64,000 nucleotides of DNA, taken from NCBI RefSeq assembly GCF_001194135.2, contig NC_068983.1, forward strand, positions 11,761,643 to 11,825,642, written 5' to 3'. Each line of letters starts with the position of its first letter. The stretch's first letter is position 1. A program made the position numbers and the translations under genes. Below are positions 1 through 12,204 of the stretch, piece by piece. The notes beneath the pieces are model-generated. The model saw only the letters and a program-made list of their open reading frames with translations, ran no database searches and was not told where the DNA came from. Origin of the DNA: Octopus bimaculoides (taxonomy: Eukaryota).

Positions 1-37
<37 letters not shown>

Positions 38-639
38 CTTATATATACATAGACAACCACTCATCTCTCTCTCTCTCTTTCACCTTTTTACTGTATCATT
101 AATACCATCTTCTGTTTTTCACGCCATCATCATTTATCACAGGTCACCCTACCCACCATTCACTACATCCTCCCATCAATCCCAGCCATTCTTTACAGTT
201 GTCACCTACTCTTACCTATCTACCCTACATGATATCATCCACTTCACACTTGTCCTTCATTCATTACATTCATTGCCTGCCTCATTCCTCATCTCTTACT
301 CTACCATACACTGTTGCAACATAACCCAACCTGCCCCAGTCCTTCTTCTCCCCTTTTTCTTCTAATCATTTTGTATTTGAAGGTTCACATAAACATCTCA
401 TTGCCATTATTGCTATTGCTTCTCCATTCTATGCCAATTACCCTTACCTGCTCTTGTAAAATATGAATAGTTATGGAGCCCCTCTACAGCAAAAACATCT
501 GCTCTACTTTGACACTTTCTTTCATACATTAATTCCTTATCTCCAAGCATAAAGCTGGCCTCTGTTGGGGTTCATGATCTTGCAAGCTGCATGTCATCCT
601 CAGTAGTATTAATGGCATGAGGAAACATGCCTCAGTAGA

Positions 640-790
640 TGCTGTGAAGTGGTTGATGTTAAGTAGGACATCCAGCCATAGAAAACAGGACAAAATACAG
701 AGTGCAGAACAGTGCACTCTTTGGACCTCCTTGGTGCTTATCAAACCATTCTGCTCATGCCTGCACGAAAGAAGGACGTTAAATGATGAT
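640..790 (+). mobile_element. Old RTE LINE 3' end remnant
   Basis: gaagtggttgatgttaagtaggacatccagccatagaaa...ggacgttaaatgatgat resembles the RTE 3' tail seen at 22800-22965 and 25420-25568. Confidence 0.5.
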
Positions 791-821
791 ATACATACTT
801 ACATACATACATATATATACA

Positions 822-853
<32 letters not shown>

Positions 854-1458
854 CATATATATATACATATATACATATATATATATATACATATACATAT
901 ACATATATATATANNNNNNNNNNNNNNNNNNNNNNNNNNNNNNNNNNNNNNNNNNNNNNNNNNNNNNNNNNNNNNNNNNNNNNNNNNNNNNNNNNNNNNN
1001 NNNNNNNNNNNNNNNNNNNNNNNNNNNNNNNNNNNNNNNNNNNNNNNNNNNNNNNNNNNNNNNNNNNNNNNNNNNNNNNNNNNNNNNNNNNNNNNNNNNN
1101 NNNNNNNNNNNNNNNNNNNNNNNNNNNNNNNNNNNNNNNNNNNNNNNNNNNNNNNNNNNNNNNNNNNNNNNNNNNNNNNNNNNNNNNNNNNNNNNNNNNN
1201 NNNNNNNNNNNNNNNNNNNNNNNNNNNNNTATATGTATATGTGTGTGTACTTACATACATTTATATATTTGTGTGTATATGTGTGTGTGAGCGCACACTC
1301 ACCCACACACCCTATTCAGTGTTTTTGGTAACAATAATTTAGCACCTCATTAATTAAATTTAATTAGAAAATACATTTTGATGGATTTATGTTATCAAAT
1401 TTATTTTTGCAAGACATATTTGATATATAATAAATACGTAGAGAAATACATACACGTA

Positions 1459-1501
<43 letters not shown>

Positions 1502-2498
1502 TGCACAGATGCATGTACAGGAAGCACACATATACACACGCGTACACTCACACGCACATGCATACATATGCTCGCATATACTTACATACATATATATGCA
1601 TATACATTTATATATTTGCACACACACACACACACACACACACTGACGCACACACGCATCTATGCAGAAATAGATTATGCATCACATTACCTATATATCC
1701 CATACATGCAGAGATGTGCATAGGTGCATGGATAGCTGGGGGAACAGGGAAGGAAGACATGGGAGTGCATTTGCACCTTCTTAAAGCGATGTCCGTCCGC
1801 AAGTATTTTATAACATCATTGATCAGGAGATAATATTGCTACCGTACTACTCCCGTTACATTTGTCAATACATCACCTACTTCGAGTTTTATCGATTTAG
1901 GATTTGACCCTCTTTTTTTATTGAAAGAACTAGTCAGTTGTTTTGTATGTTTTATTTACTTTTATATTTTTTCAATTGCTTAATATCCACCCCCTCTCTC
2001 TCTTTCTCTCTATTTATATCAATCTAGTTAGATATCCACCTATAAATATATATATATTTATATATATATTATCTATTCAACAGCTAAGAAGTATAATCTT
2101 CATATTGATCTAGTGTAACATATTCATTAGATCCTGTTGTCGCACAACACAGTTTCTTTCAGTTTTAATTTTCCTATAATTTTTGCTTTTTAATTAAATA
2201 ATATCCATTATTGAATTGCTATGCAAATAAATACGTATAAAATATAATGCTAAATTGCAATCGAGCCTCAGCTGATAATGGCATTTCGATCGAATGCATG
2301 AAGAATTTTCCTTTCCAAATCTCTTGAAATGTGAACAGAAATCTCTCATCTCGTGACTTGATGTTTGGTATGAAGTTATTTAATGAAACACAGTACCTAC
2401 AAAATTCTATATTGGTATTGCTTAATTTATTTGTACAAGAGTGACGGTGACATACAGAGCAAAATAGCGTATGACAGATAGATCACATAATTAAGAGC

Positions 2499-2499
2499 G

Positions 2500-2547
<48 letters not shown>

Positions 2548-2600
2548 ACACACACACAGAGACAGACAGACAGACAGACAGATCGACAGAGACCCAGAGT
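2499..2600. repeat. Compound (GA)n/(CA)n/(GACA)n microsatellite
   Basis: Directly visible. Confidence 0.95.
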
Positions 2601-3207
2601 GAGACAGAATCAGAGACAGAGAGAAACAGCAAGAGTCAAATGTATTTGAATATCTGAGCGAAGGAGATATATATTTAAGTCTGTCTTCTGTTATGACACG
2701 AAAGTGAAAGTAGAACCAATGAACACAAAGTTGGTTTGAGAGTATAACGCGTTAAGGATATCGTCATTACATAAACTTTTAAACTGTTATATTGTTACTG
2801 ACATAAGTGGTTTATTATCATATCATATCACATCATATAAATAAATATATATATAACAGGAAACAAAAATTGTTGAAGCAGTTTCTCAAGACATTGGGGC
2901 GTGGAAGCACGCAATAACAATTCGTCCGTTTTTTTCCTTATTACTTTTTTTCATCTGAAATATTTTATCTTTACTTGGCTGCATACATACATATATACAC
3001 ACCTATATACGACCATTTTACGACAAAAAAAAAAAGGATGCATCTATTTTTTTTTACTTGATTTCTTTCTGTCGTGTAATGCATGAAGTATTTCTACAAC
3101 ACAGCATAAATGAAATATAATTAAATTGGAAGATAAATGGATAGTTTCATGGAAGTGTAGTGTGAAAATATGTATGATGAAAAGATAATTTATCAAAGAT
3201 TACTTAC

Positions 3208-3341
3208 TGTATCATCTGTTGCTCCCGTTCCTCTTCCTCTCGTTGTCTCTTAAGGACATCTTCGATAATTCGGCGTTCATCTTCAGTAAGATGACTTATA
3301 TCAGGCATAGGCGGAAGAGATGGTCGACGGTTGGTCGACAT
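3208..3341 (-). CDS. RIM: First coding exon of RIM (Rab3-interacting molecule, RIMS1/2/unc-10 family), N-terminal Rab-binding helix; gene continues beyond left edge
   Basis: Minus strand from ATG 3341 reads MSTNRRPSLPPMPDISHLTEDERRIIEDVLKRQREEEEREQQMI + CA, then donor GTAAGT at 3207. This matches the RIM signature MPDLSHLTEEERKIILAVMDRQKKEEEKEQ. In-frame upstream TAG at 3407-3405; no ATG between 3662 and 3342. Rabphilin/Slp family relatives share a weaker version of the motif. Confidence 0.9.
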
Positions 3342-3662
3342 ATTGGGAGTTTTCACTGTTGCAGATGATGTGTTTGTTGTCAGGAAATGACAGCCTGACT
3401 GGAGCTATTGCACCAGTGTCAGCAAATAATGGCGGGGAGTTAAAAACCCAACAGAAAATGAAGCCGATGCGGCGACGACAAGAGGGGGTGAAGGCGGCAG
3501 AGGAGGAGGACCTGAAGACGAACTGTGTAGTTCGCCCGTTGTCGTCCGCCCGTTTTTGGTTGGTGCTTCCGTAACGTCTGGGAGAGGAATTGGAACGGGA
3601 GATCTCGGAGACGGAGATTGGTACAGAGGTAGTAGGATGCCACAGCAGGCAAACCAGCTAGA
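3342..3662 (-). promoter_or_regulatory. Probable 5' UTR/leader of RIM, CpG- and GC-rich
   Basis: About 20 CpGs in 3301-3660 by eye, ATG-free on the minus strand, directly upstream of the RIM start. Possible acceptor GTGCAG at 3663. Confidence 0.55.
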
Positions 3663-3939
3663 CTGCACACGTACGCACACATATACAACATAGATGATAC
3701 ATGCACTCACACATACACACACACACAGGCACTCTGTGGTGTGTGTGTGTGCCGCCGCCGCCCTGAAAGTGAGTGCTATCGTTTGATGATGGATAGCCCA
3801 AGCTGAAGATGACTAGTTACTCAACATTGCAGTATATTATGCTCAGTGATAATAATTATAATGTGCATTGCCAGTGGCCCTGTTTGATGTATACATCAAT
3901 GCACATAGGTACGTGTGTCTGTATGCCTGTATGTAGGTT

Positions 3940-3976
<37 letters not shown>

Positions 3977-4198
3977 ACGTATATATGTAGGAGTGAGTGT
4001 ATATAGTGTGACACAGCAGCAACAAGCAATGTTGTACTGTAATTAAAGCAGTTGTTGCTTCTTGTCGATAGATTTTTTTTTCTTTCTTCGAAAAACACAA
4101 ATTGGTAAGAAAAAATCGACAGAATGAAATGGACAGCACCGAGACGACTTTGATCGAGGGATGGAATGGAGATTTTTTTCAAATAACGAAGGGTTATA

Positions 4199-4236
<38 letters not shown>

Positions 4237-5030
4237 TGTATCTATAAAGCCAGAGAGAGCAGGAGAGAGACAGAACAAGGTTCGAGCCCCAGCCACAACA
4301 AGGACGACACTTAGCTGTAATTAATTAATCACGGTTTCAAAGCCTTCTCGTCAATTCAGTATCTTTTCTCTTCACGTCAAAAACACAATATTGGTAATTT
4401 GCCGGACATATATATATATTTATATGTATATTCTTTTCCGAGATGCCTTTTTTTTTTAATAAATCAATTTTTTTTAAATATAATGTGAATTTTTTCGTTT
4501 TTCTTTTCTTTCCTGGTATCCTTTCTCTCTTTTTTTCTTTTTGATTTTAAATTTCTTTTTATATTTCGCTTTTTTCACTCTGTATGTATATACGAACGTC
4601 TTGTCTCTCTCCTCTCTTATACAAGCACCATCATCATCCGCCTTGTAGTATGGCGTGCCCCCTTCTCTGCAACTGCCGCTTCTTCTTCTCCGCTCGCCTT
4701 TTTTCTCCGCTGTCTTTAGCAGTGTGTGTGGCAAGCCACTCTTCATCTGCTGCTAGAGTGTGATCAGACGAGCGAATATATCGATAGGCTTTACACAAAG
4801 ATGGTAGTAGCAGCAGCAACAGTGGCGGCAAACACCAGCAGCACCAGCAACAACCACTGCTGCTGCATCATTATTATAACAGCAGCTAAAATAGTACGTA
4901 TCGTTTGACAGGCTTAATAACTTAGTCCAAGGCGACTTGATGTCAAACCAGGTACCCACCAGCCCTGTTAGTGTCCGATCACCGAATGCAATGACATGAT
5001 CTGATCATATGTTTATTAAATAGTCAAAGA
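3663..5030. promoter_or_regulatory. Candidate RIM promoter / upstream non-coding exon region
   Basis: CpG-retaining unique sequence free of recognisable transposons, interleaved with microsatellites, immediately upstream of RIM exon 1. TSS not identifiable. Confidence 0.3.
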
Positions 5031-5307
5031 GGCTACATATATGTGTGTGTATGCATGTATGTGTGTGTGTGCATGTATGTGTGTGTGTGTAGTCAAAGAA
5101 GCTATATATATGTGTGTGTGTGTGTAGTCAAAGATGCTATATATATATGCGTGTGTATATATACACGCACACACACGTTTTATATAATATATATCAACCG
5201 AAAATACTATCTTGTGGCATGTTTGATTTTTCAAGATGAAAATCTTTTAAAAGAATAATCGAATTATATATATATATATGTGTGTGTGTATGTATGTATG
5301 TATATTA

Positions 5308-5309
<2 letters not shown>

Positions 5310-5375
<66 letters not shown>

Positions 5376-5405
5376 GAGAGAGAGGGAGAGAGAGAGAGAG
5401 AGAGG
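5310..5405. repeat. (GA)n microsatellite
   Basis: Directly visible. Confidence 0.95.
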
Positions 5406-7508
5406 AAGAGATTGTAGATGCCCACTGTAGTCAGTAATCCACAGAATTTAATCCTACTAAACACCTGTGGAGGAAGAATCAACGGCGAAATTATCAACAT
5501 ATAATGATGTCACTATATGTGTGCGCATGTTTGTCTGCATGTATGTTTGTGCGCAAATACACACACACACACACACACATATATATATTGAGAGAGAGAG
5601 AGAATGATTGAGAGAGAGGGGGGTGCGCGCGCGTTTGTGTGTGTGAGTGACCCTAGATGTGAAACTACATTCTTTTTATAATTGAAAGCAGGGCTATATA
5701 GCGAGAGGGATTGCGTATATATGTATGTACGTATGACACAGATTGGGGGTATAATAAAAAAAAAACAACTATCGAGGATCATCAATAGTCGCCTTTTTAT
5801 ATATACGTAGGGATAAAGAGAGAGAGACGTGGAGAAGGAGTGCGAAAGTGATAGACACAATGAGAGAGTGATAGATAAAGCGATAATGTAATAGATAATG
5901 AGAGAAATGTTGATTACCATATAGAGAGGGGGACTGAAAGAAAGAGAGAGAGAGAGAAGTAGGGAGAGAACAAAAGCGATAGAGAGAATGATTATGAGTA
6001 AGAAAGAGAGTGTGAGTGTGCGTGAATAAACGTAGATATTAGTGTGAAAGAGAGGGGTGAGTCGATGCGCGCCTGTCATGTGCATGTGTATTGAATTGCA
6101 AGCACGATTTTTATACTATTGTAACAGCAGTTTATGCATAATGTGCACTAATATATGGAAAGGGTACAAGTTTCAGCAATACATGGATGACGCTAGTGGT
6201 GCTGTTTTACTCCTCAAATTGTGCAATTATGAGAAAAGAAAATATTCTTAGTTGTCACTGCATCTCATATACATTATTATCTAGTCTATCAATCAATAAC
6301 AATAGTCACTGTTCATACATACATACATACTATTGTAGAATATATATATATATATATACATATATATATANNNNNNNNNNNNNNNNNNNNNNNNNNNNNN
6401 NNNNNNNNNNNNNNNNNNNNNNNNNNNNNNNNNNNNNNNNNNNNNNNNNNNNNNNNNNNNNNNNNNNNNNNNNNNNNNNNNNNNNNNNNNNNNNNNNNNN
6501 NNNNNNNNNNNNNNNNNNNNNNNNNNNNNNNNNNNNNNNNNNNNNNNNNNNNNNNNNNNNNNNNNNNNNNNNNNNNNNNNNNNNNNNNNNATATATATAT
6601 ATATATATATAGGTAGAAGTTATGAAGTGATAGTTTCTTGCTTGCATCACATTTATCAAGTGCCATACACGAAACTCTCGGTCTTTGATTCACTTTGTAA
6701 CTTCTGCCGTTTAAAAGTAATACACACACTCACACATACATACATACACACACATACACATACACACACACACACACATACATACATACATATACATGCA
6801 CATACATACACTCATGCACATTTCCTCTTCATTATTATTGTTAAAAACTATTATTAATATATATATATTTAATTTAATTAGTATCACAGAAAGGGAATAT
6901 TCTTCAAATATTTTAAATTATTTTTTTCTTTTAATATTCATTTATTTTTTTTAAGGGTGAATGGTTATTGTAGTGGATGATGTATTTGTAATAATGTATT
7001 GAATGAAACTAGTTGACACGTAACCATGTCTATTGAATGACAAAACTAATCAACATGTACTCGCCGTCAGATAGAGAGCGCAGAAATTAATAAATAAATA
7101 AACGTTATTGATTTCTTTTCACTGGGCATAACGCCAGTTTTTATTAGAGAGGGGTGGGTATGTCATTTACATTTACGCCCCAATATCTTAAATGCTATTC
7201 TATTTTATCTATATATGTTTTCATCGAACCCTGCAGTCATTAAAATGTAAAATGAACTTCGGAGGAATTTGAACATTTAAATCGGAGTTGCCGGATTACA
7301 CTCGGTACAACATATATATATATATATATATATATACATACACATACACACTTACGTTATATGTATATATTTATATTCATTCACACACACACACACATAT
7401 ATGCATGCATGAATGGCTAATATGTGCTTCCAAACTGCAATTGTTTAACTTTCAACGCACGATCTCAGATCAAATCACTTGCCAGACAAGTACATCGTCG
7501 AAATATTC

Positions 7509-7539
<31 letters not shown>

Positions 7540-8709
7540 TACACACACACATATATATGTGTGCGCGTGCATATATATATATATATATATATGTATATCC
7601 GAAGTTAATTCCACTGCCACCTCTATAGAATTTCTTTCCTCTTTTTTTTTATTTTTTATAATACTTAGTACAAGGTCAATGTTACTGATGAAGAGGAAAA
7701 GTTGACTTCAATTGACTCCAGCATCTTCACTTCTCTCGCTGTTCTACCAAAAAGCTAAATTAACCCGCGCGTAAACTGAAATCAGATATAGAGAAGTCCC
7801 GGACTAGATGCCGCGGAACATCTTTTTCTGGATCAAAGGGAAAGGATGTAATTAGTCTTACTATAAGTACGGTGTTGACGGAGGCTAAATTAGATCGCTG
7901 AAACACCCAGCGCTCTACCGTTTCTTATCAAGTGTTGTTGTCGTTTCGCCCCAGGTTAGCTGTCATTGCGCAGAACAGATCTAAGACATTCTGGTCTTAA
8001 CCACCCCATCTTTTTTCCTTGACAATAATATATTTGAAGATCACATTATCCAGTGTTATTCCTTCCTATCACGTACAGTAAAGGTCCCCCTCGTTAGTTT
8101 GTTGCATTCACTTTATTGGTAGTTGTCGATGGTTATTAATGATAATCACTAATTTCTTCATCTTCTTTCGGCGTATGTATATTTTTCTGGGACACTGATA
8201 CACATCTATCTCTCTACGATTATTGACCCTTGCATTAGCAGATAGATGTCCGTGAACACACACCCACAAATAGACAGGAGCGAGAGAAAGACGAACATAC
8301 AATACAGCAGCTATGTATCTATGTATCCACCTTTCTAAACACAGGTGATTTGTGACATGTGATGAGAAGGAGAGAAAAAAACTGTAAAGTTCACTAGACT
8401 TTAATACGAATAATACTTGGTACAGAGTTAAGAAATTGCCCTCGGAATTTGCAACTGTTGCTATAAAGTGTGTGGAGTTACAAATATATGCACTAACCGT
8501 GTCTGCTGTGGTATAATAATTATGGAGATTGAATTGAATTCATTTCATTTCTACTCGCTGAAATTATGGTAATAACACAGAGACAGGTTATGCTGACATT
8601 CCTCCTGTTTCTATGTATGAATTTATTTATGTGTGCGCTTGCATATGTTTGTGTATTCGTTTGTGCATGTATAGATTGCATGTATTTGTATGTGCATGGA
8701 GGTGCGTGA

Positions 8710-8792
<83 letters not shown>

Positions 8793-10617
8793 GGTATATA
8801 CACATAGGCATATATATATGTCTATATATGAATATATCGATATATGTATGTGCGTGTGTTAATACGTATATGCATATATTATGAGAATGTTTTCATGTGT
8901 GTGTGTACGTGTGATGGTGTATGCTTACAAATCTGCCCTTCATTAACTGAAACATTGCCCGTTAGCTTGAAGCAAAACAGAAACTAAACATACATCGAAT
9001 AATTAAAGAAAAGAAAAGTATTTTTATTTCTATTACATGTATGCATAATTTTATTAACTTTTTTTTTTTCAGTGCTTGTGATTTACACTGCATTATGCTC
9101 GCATATATTTAGTAACTCCTACTAGGCCAGATGACTTGTGTTGATTACAGTTTGGTCATTTAGACTTCGTTTCTCAAAAGAATATATATATATATATATA
9201 CATACTTTCATATTTTAATCTTTAAAAATATCAAACATTATATATATATATATATATATATGATTCTGGGGCTGATAGCGAAAGTAGGTATTGAGGAACT
9301 ATACTGGGATAAAATTATAAACTAAAATAATATGATTCAGCCTTGATAAATCACCTCCTGCCGTAAAACACTCCCTTGAAATGCGTATTTTCTGACGAAT
9401 TTTGGAATGACTATTAAACGATATGACTTCGATTATCTCCAACTTTTCCAAGTATTAAGAGACGCAAATGACTTTAACACCGGCACGTGAGTCGGTATCA
9501 AGGATAATGTTAGACTCATGGCTGCTGGCTGACTTAGGATTTCCTCTGTGGTCATTGCATTATATTAGTCAGGATACTTAATTCTTGTCTTAGTTTATTT
9601 TGGTTTGAAATTAAATTAGTTATTACTTGACTACAACAGGTTAACATGGAATATAAATTAAAACAGTTGATGGGTTTAAAATTTACTGTCTCTTTATTCG
9701 AAGACAGTAAATCTCGTCATATAATTTAATTAGTAGCACTTTTTAAAATAATCATTTCGAACTTTTCCAAGTTAATTTTCATTTCATCAATGTTCTAAGT
9801 TTCTTAGGGATTTTGTATTCGAATGATCTGGCAGCATTTTATGAGTTTTACCTGCCTCACTCAACTTTAAAACGTTGAACATTCCATTCCTATTCTATTC
9901 AACGTCAGGGTAATTTTAAATTATAACTATGTGTGTATATCCATTCATGCATGAATGAATGTATTATTTATGTAGGGTTATTGTAGGGGTTAAATTTGAA
10001 AACATGATGAATGTTTCGTCCCACATGTTTTATCCTAATTATTTTAAATACCTAGCTTCTTATACCAGGAATTAAAGAGTTGAAGAAGTTTAAGTAAATA
10101 GCTATTTACTTCTACATAAATCTTTTAGAATCGTTTTATAATCTAAAGGCAATGGGGGCTAGCTTGATTAAATGCATCGCATCCATTCAAATGCTTTAAT
10201 GATTTCAAAGGAGGTGCACAGATTATTATTGAAAGGTGCAATATTCACTTTTATTCCAAGGTGCATTAATTACTAGAATAAGAATCAAACCATTTTTGTG
10301 AATCCAGTTCATCATGAATGTACTTCAATGTAAATGCCCCATTAAGAATTAGATAAGCAGGAGTTCTCATGCAAATAGTTATAAACGACTTGCTTGGGAA
10401 CATATAAGACAATGCTAATAGGCAGGAAACAAACATTTCTCAACTTACAAACGAACAAAAAAAAAATCAAGAATTTGAAATTTCATCCATTCAACTGCAT
10501 ATCACTGAATAAATTGTGCTGTATATTGTGTTTGATAAATAATGAGTATTTTAGCTATTTTATTTTTTGGTATAATATGAATGCGGTGATGCATGGACAA
10601 ACTTTCATGTGAAAGAG

Positions 10618-10782
10618 TGTTGTGCCGATGCCCCCAAGCGAAGAAGTAGGATCGCCCAAGACATATAAATAGAGATAGTCTAGCCGGGGTAGAGGAGTTG
10701 AATAGCCGTTGAGTACCAGTCGGTTAGCAGTTGAGTAGAGATCATCCGAAGGTGCTAGATAGCAGTAGCTTGAGACATAACA
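10618..10782 (+). mobile_element. Short solo LTR (165 bp) of an LTR retrotransposon
   Basis: Starts TGTTG and ends TAACA. Flanked by a perfect 5-bp TSD AAGAG (10613-10617, 10783-10787). TATAAATA at 10664-10671. Confidence 0.75.
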
Positions 10783-10828
10783 AAGAGGTTTAGGAAAACA
10801 ATGGAGAGGGTAGGGGTAGTAACATTAA

Positions 10829-11048
10829 CCTTTTAGCATTTAGACTGGCCATTTCTGACCCAAATATTCTACCTGTTTTTATGTTCAAACATGCCAGATC
10901 TGGCCTCTTACACCTATCCTACAATATCATTCTAAAAATCAACAGTTTTCTCATCAAATCTCAAAGCTACAAAATCATGCATGATTCATTCAAAATGATG
11001 TCAATAAATAAGCATCACTTTTGATAGAAAAATGTGAATGCTAAAGGG
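10829..11048. mobile_element. piggyBac-type MITE
   Basis: TTAA TSDs at 10825-10828 and 11049-11052; TIRs CCTTTTAGCATT / AATGCTAAAGGG. Confidence 0.8.
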
Positions 11049-11052
11049 TTAA

Positions 11053-11244
11053 CCCTGTTATATCTAACCCAAATATTCTATTTGTTTTATGTTAAGATCA
11101 ACCAGATCCAACCTCTCACACCTATCCTACCATGTCATTCTAAAAATAAACAATCACATCATTGAAATCTTGAAGCTATGAGATAATCCATGATTTATTC
11201 AAAACAATGCGAATAAGTAATCATTACATTTGACAGAACAAGGG
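11053..11244. mobile_element. Second copy of the same piggyBac-type MITE, in tandem
   Basis: Shares TTAA 11049-11052, is internally similar to the first copy (cccaaatattcta...cacacctatccta...cattctaaaaat), and ends AGGG-TTAA at 11245-11248. Confidence 0.7.
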
Positions 11245-11377
11245 TTAAGGAATATTCGAGGAGGAAAAGGTAGAAAATATGAGATTAACTGATGATCAGT
11301 TCTTTATTTAAGAGATGAGGAACTATGTACATTATTTACAATTGATGGATATATAACCACTACACCATATGCCCACA

Positions 11378-11575
11378 GATATATGGCGTAGTGGTTAAGA
11401 GCGTGGGCTTCTAAACCCAAGATTCTGAGTTCGATTCCAGGCAGTGACCTGAATAATAATAATAATAATAATAATAACAACATCGAAAAATACTTTAGGA
11501 ATGAGAACCCAGGTTCAAAATTTCCCCAAGACACCTGATGAAGGCTGGAGGGTATATCAGCCAAAACGTTGAGTT
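11378..11575 (+). mobile_element. tRNA-derived SINE-E with hammerhead-like tail
   Basis: A box TGGCGTAGTGG (11384), B box GAGTTCGATTCC (11427), (AAT)n spacer; body near-identical to 47728-47937. A deleted inverted copy lies at ~11300-11375. Confidence 0.8.
11530..11575 (+). ncRNA. Minimal type I hammerhead-ribozyme-like motif (degenerate, G12->A)
   Basis: GACAC-CTGATGA-A-GGCTG(10 nt)CAGCC-AAAA-CGTT-GAGTT. Confidence 0.5.
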
Positions 11576-11715
11576 CAAACTCTGCTGAGGTCAACTTTGC
11601 TTTCATCCTTTCAGGGTTGATGAAGTAAAGACCAATTATGCACTGGGATCAATGTAATCAACTATCCTCCTTCCCCCAAAATTTTCATGACTTTGTGCCT
11701 AGAGTAGAAATAAAA
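11575..11715 (+). mobile_element. SINE-B fragment
   Basis: gagttcaaactctgctgaggtcaactttgctttcatcctttcagggttgat matches the SINE-B copies at 48180-48388 and 51740-51972. Confidence 0.7.
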
Positions 11716-12204
11716 AAAAATTTAATTATAATGTTACTTTGTAAATTAAAATCAAATAATTTTTAATATTGAAATTTTATCCGTGGCTGCAATATTTTAA
11801 GTAAAAATTTACTTATTCTGTACTTTACCAATGTAATAAGATGTCCTGAACTTTTCCAAGTGTAATAACTTGTCCTGTAATTTTCCAGGTTTATAATCTT
11901 AAAAATATTATTTCTCTTGCTCGCATTTTTCCATGTAATCCATGTCTTTTCCAGGCTATGCTATTATGCTAATTAATAATGTGTCTAATGTGTCAAATGT
12001 GTTAATTAGCAGTGTTATGGATAATTTTCTTCCTTACCTCCATGATGCCAGTGACATATATTAAAAGTCCTGTCATAGAACTATATTCATAAAAAAAAAA
12101 ACAGAACTATATAATCACTTCAAATTTGAGGAACAAACACTCATAACTTTTTTCTTTTAAAACTTCATTGCATGAGATTGATACAATAGGTGCTAAAACT
12201 AGTG

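Noticed and set aside
2262-2325. Possible RIM exon 2 on the minus strand (cattcaag-type acceptor, QDLERKILHAFDRNAIIS*)
   Set aside because: Hits a stop with no donor before it and does not lead into the RIM zinc finger.
3320-3574. 84-aa plus-strand ORF
   Set aside because: Antisense shadow of the GC-rich RIM exon/leader; no recognisable motif.
4130-4146. GGACAGCACC resembling REST/RE1 half-sites upstream of a neuronal gene
   Set aside because: Half-sites overlap in the wrong order, and REST is not established in molluscs.
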